NCBI RefSeq assembly: GCF_009914755.1
Contig: NC_060937.1
Source: the human T2T-CHM13v2.0 reference genome, Homo sapiens
Direction: 5' to 3' (one strand)
Length of the DNA stretch: 64,000 nucleotides
In this document: piece by piece, positions 39,501 through 53,345 of the stretch
How positions within the stretch are numbered: position 1 is the stretch's first letter
Layout: every line of letters starts with the position of its first letter
Notes under the pieces: model-generated
The model's input: the letters and a program-made list of their open reading frames with translations, nothing else
Databases searched by the model: none
Told to the model about the DNA's origin: nothing
Position numbers and translations under genes: made by a program

Positions 39501-40879
39501 TAAAAATATTTTCTTAAAAAGCAAATAATTAACCTTGTTATGTTCGGATATCTGTGCAATTTATTTATAATATTTGGTGATTCTTTTAATTTACAGATAC
39601 CACCCCCTGATAAAAATTAAAAGCAACAAAAATACCTTCCTAATAATCTCTGACATACAGAGCTGAAAGGAATCAGAAACAATGAGTAACATGGTTGAGA
39701 AGCACATAATAAGCTTCTCAATTTTAGATGTTACTCAATGTATTAAAGAGTCAATAAGCCCAAAGGTGCCAAATGTATCAAAGGAAGGTCAGTTAATAGA
39801 AATATTTATCAAATAAAGATCAACTAACACCTCTTCAGTATCTTTCGGAATGTTGTGAAACACGTAATATAACTTTTCTCCATTCCCCACTGTTGATCAT
39901 TCTCATTAGAATTTTGTGTTAAGAAATGCATCGAATGTGTTGCTTAGTAAAAAGCTTACTAACATTCTTACAGACAGTGAAATTATAATAAAATAGCAAA
40001 CGTGATTAAAAGCAACATTTGTATATTCAATGATTGTATTTCTTTAACTAATATTTCAATTTTAGGAAAGACTTTTCAGATAAATTCCAAGTCAAATAAC
40101 TTTAAATGACAATATTTATTGTGAATCTATGAAGTTGAGCACTTATATTGTTTATATTTTGAAATATCTACTTAGGCCTATCAAAAAGTATAATAAATAC
40201 ATTCATACTTCATTGTAGGGTTAATTAAAAGTCATATAGAGTGGCACAAATGCTAAAGCAATAATGTTAACTACAATCTGAAGATTAAACATAAGAAACA
40301 CAGGTTGCTTTCTCTCTGGCCTGTAATGTTTCAGAGTTTTATTATACCTCTCTTTGGTAATGCATCAAGATCTGGAGATAAGAAATAAGAACAGAAAATT
40401 TATCTCCATGAGATTTTGTCTGCAGTACCAATAATGTGCAGGTATTCCTCATTTCTCTAAGGTCACAGAATTCACCACCAAAATTGCTGTGACTTCATAA
40501 GCACTGTGATACTAACAGACTGTTGTGTCATAGTCATCATTGCCACATTCGAAGTATGACACCTGTTTCCCAACAGCAGGACAATTATACCCAATTAAAT
40601 AAGATATTTTTAAATATAACATAGCTAATATTGCCTTGGTTGTAGAGTTGTTTTGCCCATTTATATCCTGGCAGAAAAGAAGACTGATTGGTACTGAACC
40701 TATGTAAAATAATTTTTTAAAAAAGGTTGTGAAAACACTCAATATAATATCTGGCCATCATCCCAGATAGTTATGTTCCTAACATCAATTGCTATCATTC
40801 CTATTTGTTGTATAATAATCCTAGATTCCCCCAGCAAGACTATTAAGAAATTGACTTATTTATAAATATTATTAGAATT

Positions 40880-41057
40880 AGTAAAATTCAAATTTAGAGT
40901 CCTTAGTTAAATGAGTTGTGATGTCTCCGTTTAACCTATTGCAAAAAGTACTGATTTAAATCTCAGTTTCTAGAGTCATCATCTGTAAATGCCCCGATGA
41001 TATATTAAGCTTGTGAGAAGTCTCAAGGCATAGTCTATGAAGATCACTTATATAATG
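40880..41057 (+). mobile_element. MIR fragment
   Basis: ctcagtttc...catctgtaaa... Confidence 0.45.
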
Positions 41058-41059
41058 CT

Positions 41060-41402
41060 TATATTATTTTCTATGCTGAAATAACAAATTACCACAAACT
41101 TAGTGACTTAAAACAAAACATATTTATTATCTCACAGTTTCTGTGGACTGAGTCTAGGTGCAACTCATCTGTATCTGATGACTCCTGTGATTGAGAAGGC
41201 TGGAATCAAAATGCCAGCCAGGCTGAGATTTCATTACAGGCTCAACTGGGGAAAGATCTGTTTCCTAGTTCCCTCTCGTTATTTGTATAATTTATTTCCT
41301 TGTGGATATTTATAGGATTTATGCAAGCTTGATTCTTCAAAGCCAGCAAAGGAGAGAGAGAGAGAGAGAGAGCAAAGAGAGAGAGAGAGAGAGAGAGCAA
41401 AC

Positions 41403-41437
<35 letters not shown>

Positions 41438-41650
41438 AAACGAGGAGAGAGAGAGCGCGCAACTCTAGCAAGTTAAGCACTATATATATTCAAGCACACT
41501 TAATCATACACATTCCATTACCTTTGCCACAATCTACTTCTTATGAAGAAGTCAAAGGTCCCACCCACACACAAGAGGAAAGCATCTCATAGAAGCTTGG
41601 CTACTGGAAGGTAAGACTCAAGTGGACCACCTTAAAGGCTGTCCACCATA
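41060..41650 (-). mobile_element. MLT1F-like MaLR LTR
   Basis: aacaaattaccacaaacttagtgacttaaaacaa...ggtcccacccacacacaagagg...gtccaccata. Confidence 0.85.
41346..41460. repeat. Higher-order (GA)n microsatellite
   Basis: Four (GA)n blocks separated by GCAAA or GCAAACGAG. Confidence 0.95.
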
Positions 41651-42695
41651 GTGCTCAAGTGGGAAATTATTCTGAGCATTTTATTTCTTTGCTGTCTAAA
41701 TTGGAGTATCTCTGGTTTGCCATATGATTCTTTTAACAAAATTAGAGCGATCAGCTGGAAGAGCATATTATTTAAAGAATTTGTTCTGGTTTGCATAATT
41801 ATGACCTACTAACTTGAGAATTACAGATAGTACAACAGTTCTCTGAACAAAGTGGCACAAAAAATAGTACATAATGAAATAGAAATATCCTTCACTGCTT
41901 GTCATAGATTTTGATAATTTTATGCCACAGGAAATTAAGTAATAAATTGGTTAATTGATAATTAAATATATTATTAAATTGCAAAATAAATTCAATGTAA
42001 TTATTAATTGTCTTTGGAGGTAAGCACATATATTTCCTTCATTATCAGATTATTTCTGTATTTTATAAATTAATTTAAAGCAAACTGTGTTACTTAACGC
42101 CAGCATAAAACAATTTCTAAGACTCTTAATTAATTTTGAAATATTAGAGGTAATCAACAAGTGACATCAGTTACATTTAATGGAAGTAATAATAACATAC
42201 CTGACCACTAAACTAGTATAGGGAAAATTTGAAGTTAAAATTAGTTAAGCTTTTTATGAGAAAATTAACTCATCTCACATAAGCTTAATGTTATGCTTTT
42301 ATTATATTCCAGTCAGAGATAAAAATCAAGGAGAAATAATGTAGTTGTCTTTCAAACAAAAATGAGTAAAGTAATCTAACATGTCCAAGGATTTCTCTTG
42401 ATTTGAGATATTAACTGACTTAGGTCTTTATATTATTCTTTCACACAGGATTAGTATTAAAAGTCTTGAAATAGTTTTATAAGCTTTTACTGAAACTTTG
42501 TTACTACCTTTTTATAATTAGTAATTGCTAGCAGCTAGACTGAAAATATTTGCATTTCTCTGCTTCATATTATAAACCTATTAATTATACCTACAATTCC
42601 TCTACCACGACACAGCTTGATTTGCTGAGGCAAAGTTTGACTAGATGGCACTAAATTTGCTGAAAACAGTAAGCACAATAAGAAAGGCATAAGAG

Positions 42696-43028
<333 letters not shown>

Positions 43029-43035
43029 CTAAGAG

Positions 43036-43930
<895 letters not shown>

Positions 43931-44539
43931 GTCCACCTATTTGGCTAATCAGTATCCCATCTAAATATATCCAAAGGTCCATATGACAGTAAAAAATTTA
44001 TACTTTCAACCAACAATTTCTCCTAATAATTATTCTTTGAACACATTAAGACATACTCATCCTCTCCTCCTAAGGGGGAGACCCAAAGTCCCAGGTCATT
44101 TCATTCATTGCTAGATGATAGTCACAGGGTATGTGTCTGGAAGGTGTGAATTATTCCCCAAATTCAGTAACAGTCCCATCTGAATGTTCTGAAACTAAAC
44201 ACAATGTTATAATGTTAACCACTAGAACAACCCTATTTATGATAATAAATGGCAGAAGGGAAAGAAAAGAAATGTCATATTCATTAATAAAAACAAAAGT
44301 ACATACCTAATAATAGAAGAAACTACTCATAACTGATACTGCCTTCATTCCTATAACTAATGATGAGTCTCTGAGATGAATAGTTTCAATTTCTACTTCC
44401 TACTTCCATCTGTACTACCCATTCCGTGATTTCTTTACCTCAGTGGGGACCTCAGCTTTTCCCAAGATTCTTTATCTTGTGAAGTGACTCAAACCTTCAT
44501 TTTCGAATTGTCTGAGGCCACAATGATTATACCTTTTAT

Positions 44540-44850
44540 GATTGCTACCAAACAAGAAGTAGCAAAAGGCACCCACCCCAGAGAATACGTAGGTCCTCTA
44601 TTCTATTCCACATTACTTAAAAGCAGCTCAATTTCTCCTTGGTAATTAGAATCAGTCACCTCAACCAGTATGTTAACCCTCTTCTTTATATATTGGCTCA
44701 TTGTCATGTGGAGAACCAAACGGCTAGGAAGCAATCTCAATTTCCAATTCAATGGAATCACTGTTGGGTTCCTTGATGGAAATACTCCTCTGTTGGCAAG
44801 TAGAACCTGCAAATCAACAGCTTTCAAAGCTGTGGAAACAGAAACCAAAA
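44540..44850 (-). pseudogene. Degenerate ERVL dUTPase
   Basis: IPLNWKLRLLPSRLVL...KKRVNILVEVTDSNYQGEIELLL resembles ERVL dUTPase IPLNWKLRLPPGHFG...KKGVTVLAGVIDPDYQGEIGLLL. Confidence 0.85.
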
Positions 44851-45144
44851 AATTCTGTGAATGGGTTGTTAGGGAGATTAATAAGGGTCAACCCTTCCAT
44901 TTCCCTTTCCATATTCTGGCAATGGGAGAAATAAATTGGTCACTTTTAAAGTAAGAACAAATCTTCTCTGTAGACTCATAAAGCCCCATCTGTTGGTTAC
45001 TCCCTTTACCATTGTTGTAGCTACTAAGGTGCTTACACAGACAGGAAGGCATCCTCAGAAAGCAGTTTGAAAATGAGTGCTGTAGGAGGTTTGTAAATTG
45101 CACTGTACATGACAGAAATCATTGTCCCTGGCCCATGCACCAGA

Positions 45145-46191
45145 TATCTGGGGAACTTGCCCCCAATATTTCAACGTAGGTTCTTTCTATTTTCCCTAAG
45201 TGTTGGCCCATCTGAAAAATAAAGAGAAAGAGTACAAGGAGAGGAATTTTACAACTGGGCCGCCAGGGGTGACATCACATATTGGTAGGTCTGTGATGCC
45301 CACCTGAGCTGCAAAACCAGCAAGTTTTATTAAGGATTTCAAAAGGGGAGGGGGTGGACAAACAAGGAGTAGGTCACAAAGATCACATGCTTCAAAGGGC
45401 AAAAAGGAGAACAAAGATCACATGTTTCTGAGGCCAATAAAGATCACAAGGCAAAGGGCAAAGTAAAGATCACAAGGCAAAGGGCAAATCAAAAACTCCT
45501 GATAAGGATCTATGTTCAGCTGTGCACGTATTGTCTTGATAAAGATCTTAAACAACAGAAAACAGGGTTTGAGAGCAGAGAACCACTCTGACCTCAAATT
45601 TACCAGGGAGCGGTTATTTTCCCCACCCTAATAAGTCTGAGGGTATTGCAGGAGACCAGGGTGTATTTCAGTCCTTAACCGCATAAGACAGACACTCCCA
45701 GAGTGGCCATTTATAGACTTTCCCCCAGGAATGCAATTCTTTTCCTAGGGTCTTAATATTCCTTGCTAGGAAAAGAATTTAGCGATATCTCTCTTACTTG
45801 CACGTCCGTTTATAGGCTCTCTGCAAGAAGAAAAATATGGCTCTATTCTGCCTGACCCAGCAGGCAGTCAGACCTTATGGTTGTCTTCCCTTGTTCCCTA
45901 AAATTGCTGTTATTCTGTTCTTTTTCAAGGTGCACTGATTTCCTATTGTTGAAACACACATGTTTTACAATCAATTTTTATACTTAATGCAATCATCACA
46001 GTGGACCTGAGGTGACATACATCCTCAGCTTAGGAAGAAAACAGGATTAAGAGATTAAAGTAAGACAGGCGTAAGAAATTATAAGAGTATTATTAGGGAA
46101 GTGATAAATGTCCAAGAAATCTTCAAGATTTATGTTCCTTTGCCGTGGCTCCAGCTATCCCTCCGTTCGGGGTCTCTGACTTCCCACAACA
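45145..46191 (-). mobile_element. MER11 (MER11A-like; HERV-K11/HML-8) solo LTR
   Basis: Minus-strand start tgttgtgggaagtcagagaccccgaacggaggg; internal aaagatcacaaggcaaagggcaaa repeats; ~1.05 kb. Confidence 0.93.
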
Positions 46192-46399
46192 GTACTGTTA
46201 CCCAACTTTTGTCATAATGGTGTCTTAAATGACTACTCTACGAAACCACCAGTCCAGCCAGCAAACTAGTAATGTAATTAGCATAGTCCTATCCCCAGCT
46301 TTATAAGGCAGAATATAGAAGAGTGGGTCTAAAACCAAGAAATAGCATATTGACCAGCAAAACACCCCTGCAGGAAGGATTCATGCATACCTTACATGT

Positions 46400-47365
46400 C
46401 TGTAGATTACAAGTAGAGTTTGAACTTATTCTAAGTGTTATGATATTAGAAAGTTTTAAGTAGAGCAATGACACAATTTGGTTTCCCTTTTGAAATACTA
46501 CTTGGGCTACTCTGTGGAGAAGAGTTGCTCTCTTTGGATGTGTTACATAAGATGGAGAAAGATAAAGATATTGTGAGGCAGTTATCACTGTGATGGTTAA
46601 TATCGAGTATCAACTTGATTGGATTGAAGGATGAAAAGTATTAATCCTAGGTGTGTCTGTGAGGGTGTTGCTAAAGGAGATTAACATTTGAGTCAGTGGA
46701 CTGGGATAGGCAGACCCACCCTCAATCTGGGCAGGCACCATCTAATCAGCTGCCAGTGTGGCTACAATAAAACAGGCAGAAGAAAGTTGAATAAGCAGAC
46801 TTGCTGTCTTCCAGTCTATATCTTTCTTTCTGTGCTGGATGCTTCCTGCCCTAGAACATCAGACTCTAAGTTCTTCTGCTTTCGGACTCTTGGACTTACA
46901 CCAGTGATTTGCCAGGGGCTCTCAGGACTTCAGCCACAGACTGAAGGCTGCACTGTCAGCTTCCCTACTTTTGAAGTTTTGGGACTTGGACTGGCTTCCT
47001 TGCTCCTCAGCTTGCAGATGGCCTATTGTGGGACTTTATTTTGTGATCGTGTGAGTCAATACTCCTTAATAAGCTCCTCTTCATATATACATTTATCCTG
47101 TTAGTTCTGTGTCTCTAGAGAACTCTGACTAACATATTAGCCATCCAAGAGAAGATTATGAATAGGCAGTAGGATGACCTGGTGCTCAGTGAAGTGGCCT
47201 GCATTACTCATATAAATTTGAAAGTCATCAACATATTGAGTCTATATAGGTAATATGATTTAAGCCAGAGAATGGTTAAGATCACCCAGGGAAAAAGTGT
47301 AGCTAGACAAATTGAATGACATAAAGATTAGGTAATAGAGCTTTCCAATCTTTTTAAGTAAGGTA
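46400..47365 (-). mobile_element. L2 fragment split by MLT2A1
   Basis: gagtttgaacttattctaagtg...; ataaatttgaaagtcatcaacata...gatcacccagggaaaaagtgtag. Confidence 0.7.
46589..47136 (+). mobile_element. ERVL solo LTR (MLT2A1)
   Basis: tgtgatggttaatatcgagtatcaacttgattggattgaagg...ctagagaactctgactaacata. Confidence 0.92.
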
Positions 47366-47994
47366 GGAATGTACACTTCTTGGGAGTCTGATTAGGTAAA
47401 GACTCTGGAGGCTAATTGTTCTAGAACATTGTTTTCAAATACTTATTTTTAAAACTTTCCTAACATAAAATCTGGTAAGAATAGATTGTCTCTGGATTAA
47501 GTTGTGGGCAGTGGGCTCAGTTGTGGGCTCAGTTTCCCATCTATGTGACACTTCTCAACGTTAGCTGTGGCTCTGAGGCACTCATGTAGACTTGCAGCCA
47601 CTGGCAGAAAACAGTTTGAAACTTCTTGTTGCAACAGGCAACTAAAAGTGTAAGTACGACCCCTTGTGTAGAATGGACACCTGCCTCCAACAATGTGGAT
47701 GTTGAGGCCCAATAATCATTACAGAGTTAATTAACACTTATGAAATGTCTGTACAAGTGGAAGGCTCAAATTTATTCCCTTTAAGGGTCTTTTACCTGCT
47801 CTGCTCAACTTTTCTCCCTGAATTATTCCAAACAAGTACATTGTCAGGGCTCAGATAACAAGCAAATCTTAGGCAATGGAATTTTCTTCCAAGTATCAAT
47901 GAAACAATATATCAAAATTACAGGCTATAGAGAGTTTTTTTTTCTCTGTAGTATATTTTGACAAATTCTATTGATCATCATAAAATACCTTTTC

Positions 47995-48105
47995 CTGAGA
48001 GCCTCTCCAAAGGAATTAAGTATGTCTGAAGCAGTGCCCAAGATTTGGTATTTTCAAAAACTCCACTGATGATTCTGGAGATCAGCCCCATTTGGGACCT
48101 TTTGA
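47995..48105. mobile_element. MER5-like fragment
   Basis: gcccaagatttggtattttcaaaaactccactgatgattctg. Confidence 0.55.
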
Positions 48106-48125
48106 ATGGTACTAAGAGGAATCTT

Positions 48126-48560
48126 TGCTCTAGCAAAGACTTGGAACCAACCCAAATGTCCAACAATGATAGACTGGATTAAGAAAATGTGGCACATATA
48201 CACCATGGAATACTATGAAGCCATAAAAAAGGATGAGTTCATGTCCTTTGTAGGGACATGATGAAGCTGGAAACCATCATTCTCAGCAAACTATCACAAG
48301 GACAAAAAACCAAACACTGCATGTTCTCACTCATAGGTGGGAATTGAACAACGAGAACACCTGGACACAGGAAGGGGAACATCACACACGGGGACCTGTC
48401 GTGGTGTGGGGAGAGGTGGGAGGGAAAGCATTAGGAGATACACCTAATGTAAATGATGAGTTAATGGGTGCAGCACACCAACATGGCACATGTATACATA
48501 TGTAACAAACCTGCATGTTGTGCACATGTACCCTAGAATTTAAAGTATCATTAAAAAAAA
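48126..48560 (+). mobile_element. 5'-truncated L1PA (about L1PA5)
   Basis: Near-consensus L1 3' end; TSD aagaggaatctt at 48114-48125 and 48559-48570. Confidence 0.97.
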
Positions 48561-49729
48561 GAGGAATCTTAATGATAGTAAATTTATAGCAGTGCCTCAC
48601 AGCTGAATTATCTGGTAAGTGAAGGGTTTTCGCATATGGTCATAACAAAGAAAATGTCACGATTATTTTACAGTGTGAAATTTTGTACCAGATGAACAAC
48701 TGAAGAGAGGACCATTTAATTAACAGTAATGTTTAACTAACTGATCATCACCATACCCAGAAGAAGGCCCGCTGCACTTAGTAGATGTGTCAATCTTCAT
48801 ATACAGCAGCTTGGTTGTCCATGATGACTGCCCACCTGACGAGTCAGCCATCCACTATGAACGTTAGAGTGTTTTACGGACACCCTTTGCTGGAGGCATC
48901 CAGGACCCAGAAGACTATCTGACATCTGGACATCAGAGTGGGAAATTGTCAAGGGCTTTCAGTTTGGTCACTGTGACATGATCCCTTTCATGATCCATGC
49001 CATTTCCCTTTTATTGCCCAGATAATTCAGCTGCAAGGTTTTGTAATGAACAAACTCTCATTAACATCTTTCTTATGGAAATTTAGAGAACAAGGATATT
49101 TGTTAAGTGGTGTTTAGATGCAATTTCCCCCCAGTTGGCAATTCCGCTAAATAAATAAATGTGTTCTACAAACAAGTGGTGGATGTACATGCATTTGTTA
49201 TTGCTTAAATAAAACAGGTGTTTGTTAAGCACTTAATCATATTTTTACCACAAGTAAGTTTATGCTTTCTGGGAGAGTACAGTTTATAGAATCTTGTCTA
49301 TTATTTTGATTGTTTATGAGTATAAGAATTATCATGAAGGTCTTTATAAACTAATACCTTGGGTAGAACAGTTGATACCCCTTTCAAATCCTCATGTAAT
49401 AAGAGATTTTGTAATACTTCCTAGAGTCATATGCAGTCAATGAGGGATCAGAGTTACCATGCAAAACATTATTATATGTATAGAGCACCTACTTGAAACA
49501 ATCCTCCACATCACACAAAATGTTAATGTCCCATACTCAAAACTGCTGTGGAATGGTAAGAAACATTCATATTATGAAGAACTGTGGATCTTATTCATAC
49601 CAATACAGAATCAATCAGAGCAGGCTAACTCTTTCCCCTTCCTCTGTGTTGGGACAGATGCTTTTAGGAATAGTAAATCAGGAATTTGACTGTAAAATAG
49701 CAACAATAATACAATAACAACAAAACAAC

Positions 49730-49985
49730 CACCAATAGTGGCATTCATCATTATAGTGAACATTATTGTAGCTTCTGCTTAATAAGAATCTATAAAATAT
49801 TAGGCAGAGTGTTAACACTTTACATTCTCTTTAAATTTTAATTACATATAATCATCTCAATGGTTCCATAAAGAAGCTATTATCAACCCTATTAAACAAA
49901 TGGAACACTGGGAAAATACGTAGTTTGCCTAAGGCAATGCAGCTAGAAAGTGATGGAGTTAGGATCCTAATCCAAACTTTTCTTA
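49730..49985 (-). mobile_element. MIR
   Basis: tttgcctaaggcaatgcagctagaaagtgatggagttaggat. Confidence 0.65.
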
Positions 49986-50363
49986 AACTGGATTAGACTT
50001 GAAGATGACTTTGGTTTGGCTGGTACAGCACTGCAATGGACTTTTATTTGCATATGTTTAGGGCACTATTCTGTCTTTGTGTTCCACTGCTCCTCCTTGA
50101 CTGCCTTGTTGCATGCTAAGTGCATATTTTATAGTGTTCGTTTTCATTCCTTTGCTCATTTTTTGGCTTATGTATTAACTATATATTTCCAAATTATTTT
50201 CTCAGTAGTTGCTGTAAGGATTAAAATGTACATCTTAATTTATCATAATCTGCTTCAGAATAATACTACATTAACTCCACTAAAATATATAACTGCAGCA
50301 TCATTTCCTCCTCTATTCTATATGCTATTATTGTTACATATAGGACATCTATATATAAGTCCA

Positions 50364-50638
50364 GGCTGGGTGCAGTGACTCATGCCAGCACTTTGGGAGG
50401 TCAAGGTAGAAGGATCGCTTATGGCCAAGAGTTCAAGGCCATCCTGGGCAACATGGTGATATCCTTTCTCTTCAAAAATTAAAAAAAATAAGCTGGGCAT
50501 GGTAGCGCATATCTGTAGTCCCAGCAACTAGGGAGGTTGAGGCAGAATGATTGCTTGAGCCCAGGAGTTCTAGGTTGTAGTGAGTTGATATTGCACCATT
50601 GTAGAGTGAGGCCATGTCTCAAAATAAATAAATAAATA
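50364..50638 (+). mobile_element. AluJ with internal deletions
   Basis: J-type diagnostics, (TAAA)n tail, TSD ataagtcca. Confidence 0.92.
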
Positions 50639-50919
50639 AGTCCAGTAACACAGGGCCATAATTATTGTTTTATGCAATTTCATGTTTTTAAGGTAGTTTA
50701 AAGAAAAAAAGACAAATAGATTTATATAGTTTTTTATATTTGCATCCAAGTTTACTATTTAGGGTAGTCTTCATTTCCCTCTGCATGTTTTAGTCACCAG
50801 CTAGAGTTGTTCCCTTTCAATCGGAAGATCTTTTAGTACATTTTTAAAGGTGTGTCCCTAGCAACAGATCCTTCTAGTTCTGTTTTTTCTGGGAATATCT
50901 TCATTTGCCTTCATTAAAA

Positions 50920-52140
50920 ACAAAATTATGAAGGTGTATTTTGCTTATCATATAATTCAACCATTACAATTGCACAACTTAAAGTATTTAATGTAAATCT
51001 ACATTGTTATACAACTATTACCATAAAACAATTTTAGAACATTTTCACCACCCCAATAAGATCTATTGTGTTCCTTAATTACCTCACTTCTCAACCCAAG
51101 CTAAACACTAATTCACTCTCCATCTCCATAGAATTTCATCTACACATTTTATGAAAAAGGAATTCTACAATTGTCCTCTGGTCTCCTCCACCAAGCATAA
51201 TGCTTGTGAGCTTTATCTGTGTTATATACACACCAGCAATTTGTTTTGCACCCTGCTGAGCATTAGTACTGCAGAGATACCGATACTCTGTCCATCAACC
51301 CAACAGTAAATGACAGCTAGGATTGGGATCCTTTCTCACCATTAGCAATGCTATTGAGAACATTTGTACACAAATCTTTATGTGGGTATATATTTTAATT
51401 TCTCCTGACTAAACACACCCAGGAGTGACATTGCTGGGTTATATGATAAATTTGTTTTTAGCTCTCTATGAAAAATGTCAAACAAATTTCTAAAGTGTGC
51501 ATGTCTGTCCACTTTTCTACCAGAAGTGTATGAAGATTTTCACTTCTCCACATCCCCACAAATAGTTGTGATAATGTTTTTTTTAATTAACATCATTCAA
51601 GTGGGTATAAAATAGCATTCTGGTGTGGTTCCAACTTGCACATTCCCAGTGACTAATAAAGATCAGCCTATTTTCACATGCCCATTAGCTACTCATCTAT
51701 CTGCTTTGGTGATATGTCTATACGAATTCACCGCCCATTTTTTGATTGAGTTGTTTCCATATTTTGAAATTTCTTGAAGCTTATTTTGAAGTGTAAGTTT
51801 CTTTGTATATTCTGGATATGAATATTTTTCTCAGATATGAATTTTACAAATATTTTTTCCCAGCCTGTTCCTTAATTTTTTGTTTTGTTAGCAGTGTCTT
51901 TTGAAGGACAAAAGTGTTGACTTTTTGTAAGATTCAATTTATTTATTTTTATGGCCCATGCATATAGATTTATATCTAAAAAATATTTGCCTAATGCAAA
52001 ATGTTGAAGATTTTCTCCTATATTATCTTCTAAAAGTAATAACATTTACTTTTAAGTCTATGATCCATTCTGAGTTAATTTTTGTATAGGGGTCTTTTTC
52101 CATATGGATATCCAATTGTTCCATCACCCTTTATTAAATT
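50920..52140 (-). mobile_element. L1ME/L1MB-type 3'UTR plus ORF2 end
   Basis: tttagaacattttcaccacccc...caggagtgacattgctgggttatatg... Confidence 0.8.
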
Positions 52141-52194
52141 GGTGTCATTCTCGAAGGACATTTTTGTTGAGTAGGGAAGTCTTGACTGATAGAT

Positions 52195-52553
52195 TGCCTA
52201 GGTTCATTTAGGTTGCTATAACAAAAATATCAGAGTGGAAAACATCAACAACAAACACTTAGTTCTTACAATTCTAGAGGTTGATAAGTCTAAGGTCAAA
52301 ACACTGGCATATTTGGTGCCTGGTGTGGGCTCCCTACCTGGCTCATAAACAACCCTCTTCTCACTGTGTCCTCACAGGGCAGTAGGGCTGAAAGAGCTCT
52401 CTGGGATCTCTTTTATAAGGGCACCAATCCCATTTACAAGGGTTTCACTTTCATGACATAATCTCCTCCTAAAGATCCCACCTCTTTATACCATCACATT
52501 GGGGTTAGAATTTCAACATATGAATTTTGGAGGCACACATTCAGTCCATAACA
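52195..52553 (-). mobile_element. MLT1A-like MaLR LTR
   Basis: cttttataagggcaccaatccc...tttcaacatatgaattttgg...cattcagtccataaca. Confidence 0.88.
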
Positions 52554-52559
52554 CAGGTT

Positions 52560-53345
52560 ATAATAATTTTCTCTTGTTAATGTAACAAATTACCACAAAT
52601 TTAGTGATTTGAAGCTACATAAATGTATTATCTTACAGTTGTATAGGTAAGAAGTTTCATACAGGTCTCATTGGCCTAAAATCAAGGTTGTCAGCAGGGC
52701 CAAGTTCCTTCTGCAGGCTCTAGCAAACAATCTATTTTTATGCCCATTCCAGCTCCTACAGCCCTTGGCTTATTTTCCCCTTTCTCCATCTTCTGAGCCA
52801 AAACTGCCAGGTGACTTTTTCCAAGACCACATTGTTCTGACCTTAATTTCTGTCATCTTTTCCACTTTTATTTTTATTTTTATTTATTCATTTTTTTTGA
52901 GATGGAGTCTCACGCTGTTGCCCAGGCTGGAGTGCAGTGGCATGATTGGCTCACCACAACCTCCATCTCCCAGGCTCAAGCGATTCTCCTGCCTCAGCCT
53001 CCTGAGTAGCTGGGACTACAGGCACGTGCCTCCATGCCCAGCTAATTTTTGTATTTTTAGTAGAGACAAGGTTTCACTATGTTGGCCAGGCTGGTCTTGA
53101 ACTCCTGACCTCATAATCTGCCCACCTCAGCATCCCAAAGTGCTGAGATTACAGGCGTGAGCCACCACACCCGGCCATCTTTTCCACTTTTAAGGACCCT
53201 AGCGGTTACATAAGCTCACTGTTTAAATCCAAGATAATTTCACTATTTTAAGGCCAGCTGATAAACTTAATTTGTACTTTTAGTTATATTTTGTCATATA
53301 ACATTAAACACAAGGATCCAAGAATTAGAACATGCATATCAGAGA
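52560..53345 (-). mobile_element. MLT1C/D-like MaLR LTR containing an Alu
   Basis: tgtaacaaattaccacaaatttagtg...ttccacttttaaggaccct. Confidence 0.8.
52871..53176 (-). mobile_element. AluS (Sg-like)
   Basis: Full dimer; perfect 16-bp TSD atcttttccactttta at 52855-52870 and 53177-53192. Confidence 0.96.

Larger units (their letters stand above)
43931..46300 (-). mobile_element. ERVL-class internal sequence fragment, split by MER11
   Basis: PPT-like end and a dUTPase remnant. Confidence 0.7.

Noticed and set aside
41302-41592. RE-dipeptide-rich ORF
   Set aside because: Translation of the (GA)n microsatellite
45378-45490. Regularly spaced short repeats resembling a CRISPR array
   Set aside because: Intrinsic MER11 LTR repeats without unique spacers, in eukaryotic DNA
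46688-47104. 138-aa ORF
   Set aside because: Entirely within the MLT2A1 LTR with a non-ATG start; a chance open frame
47512-47535. Micro-duplications of 8-12 bp (also ~2881, ~6893, ~56313, ~58976)
   Set aside because: Ordinary slippage products with no shared motif or organisation
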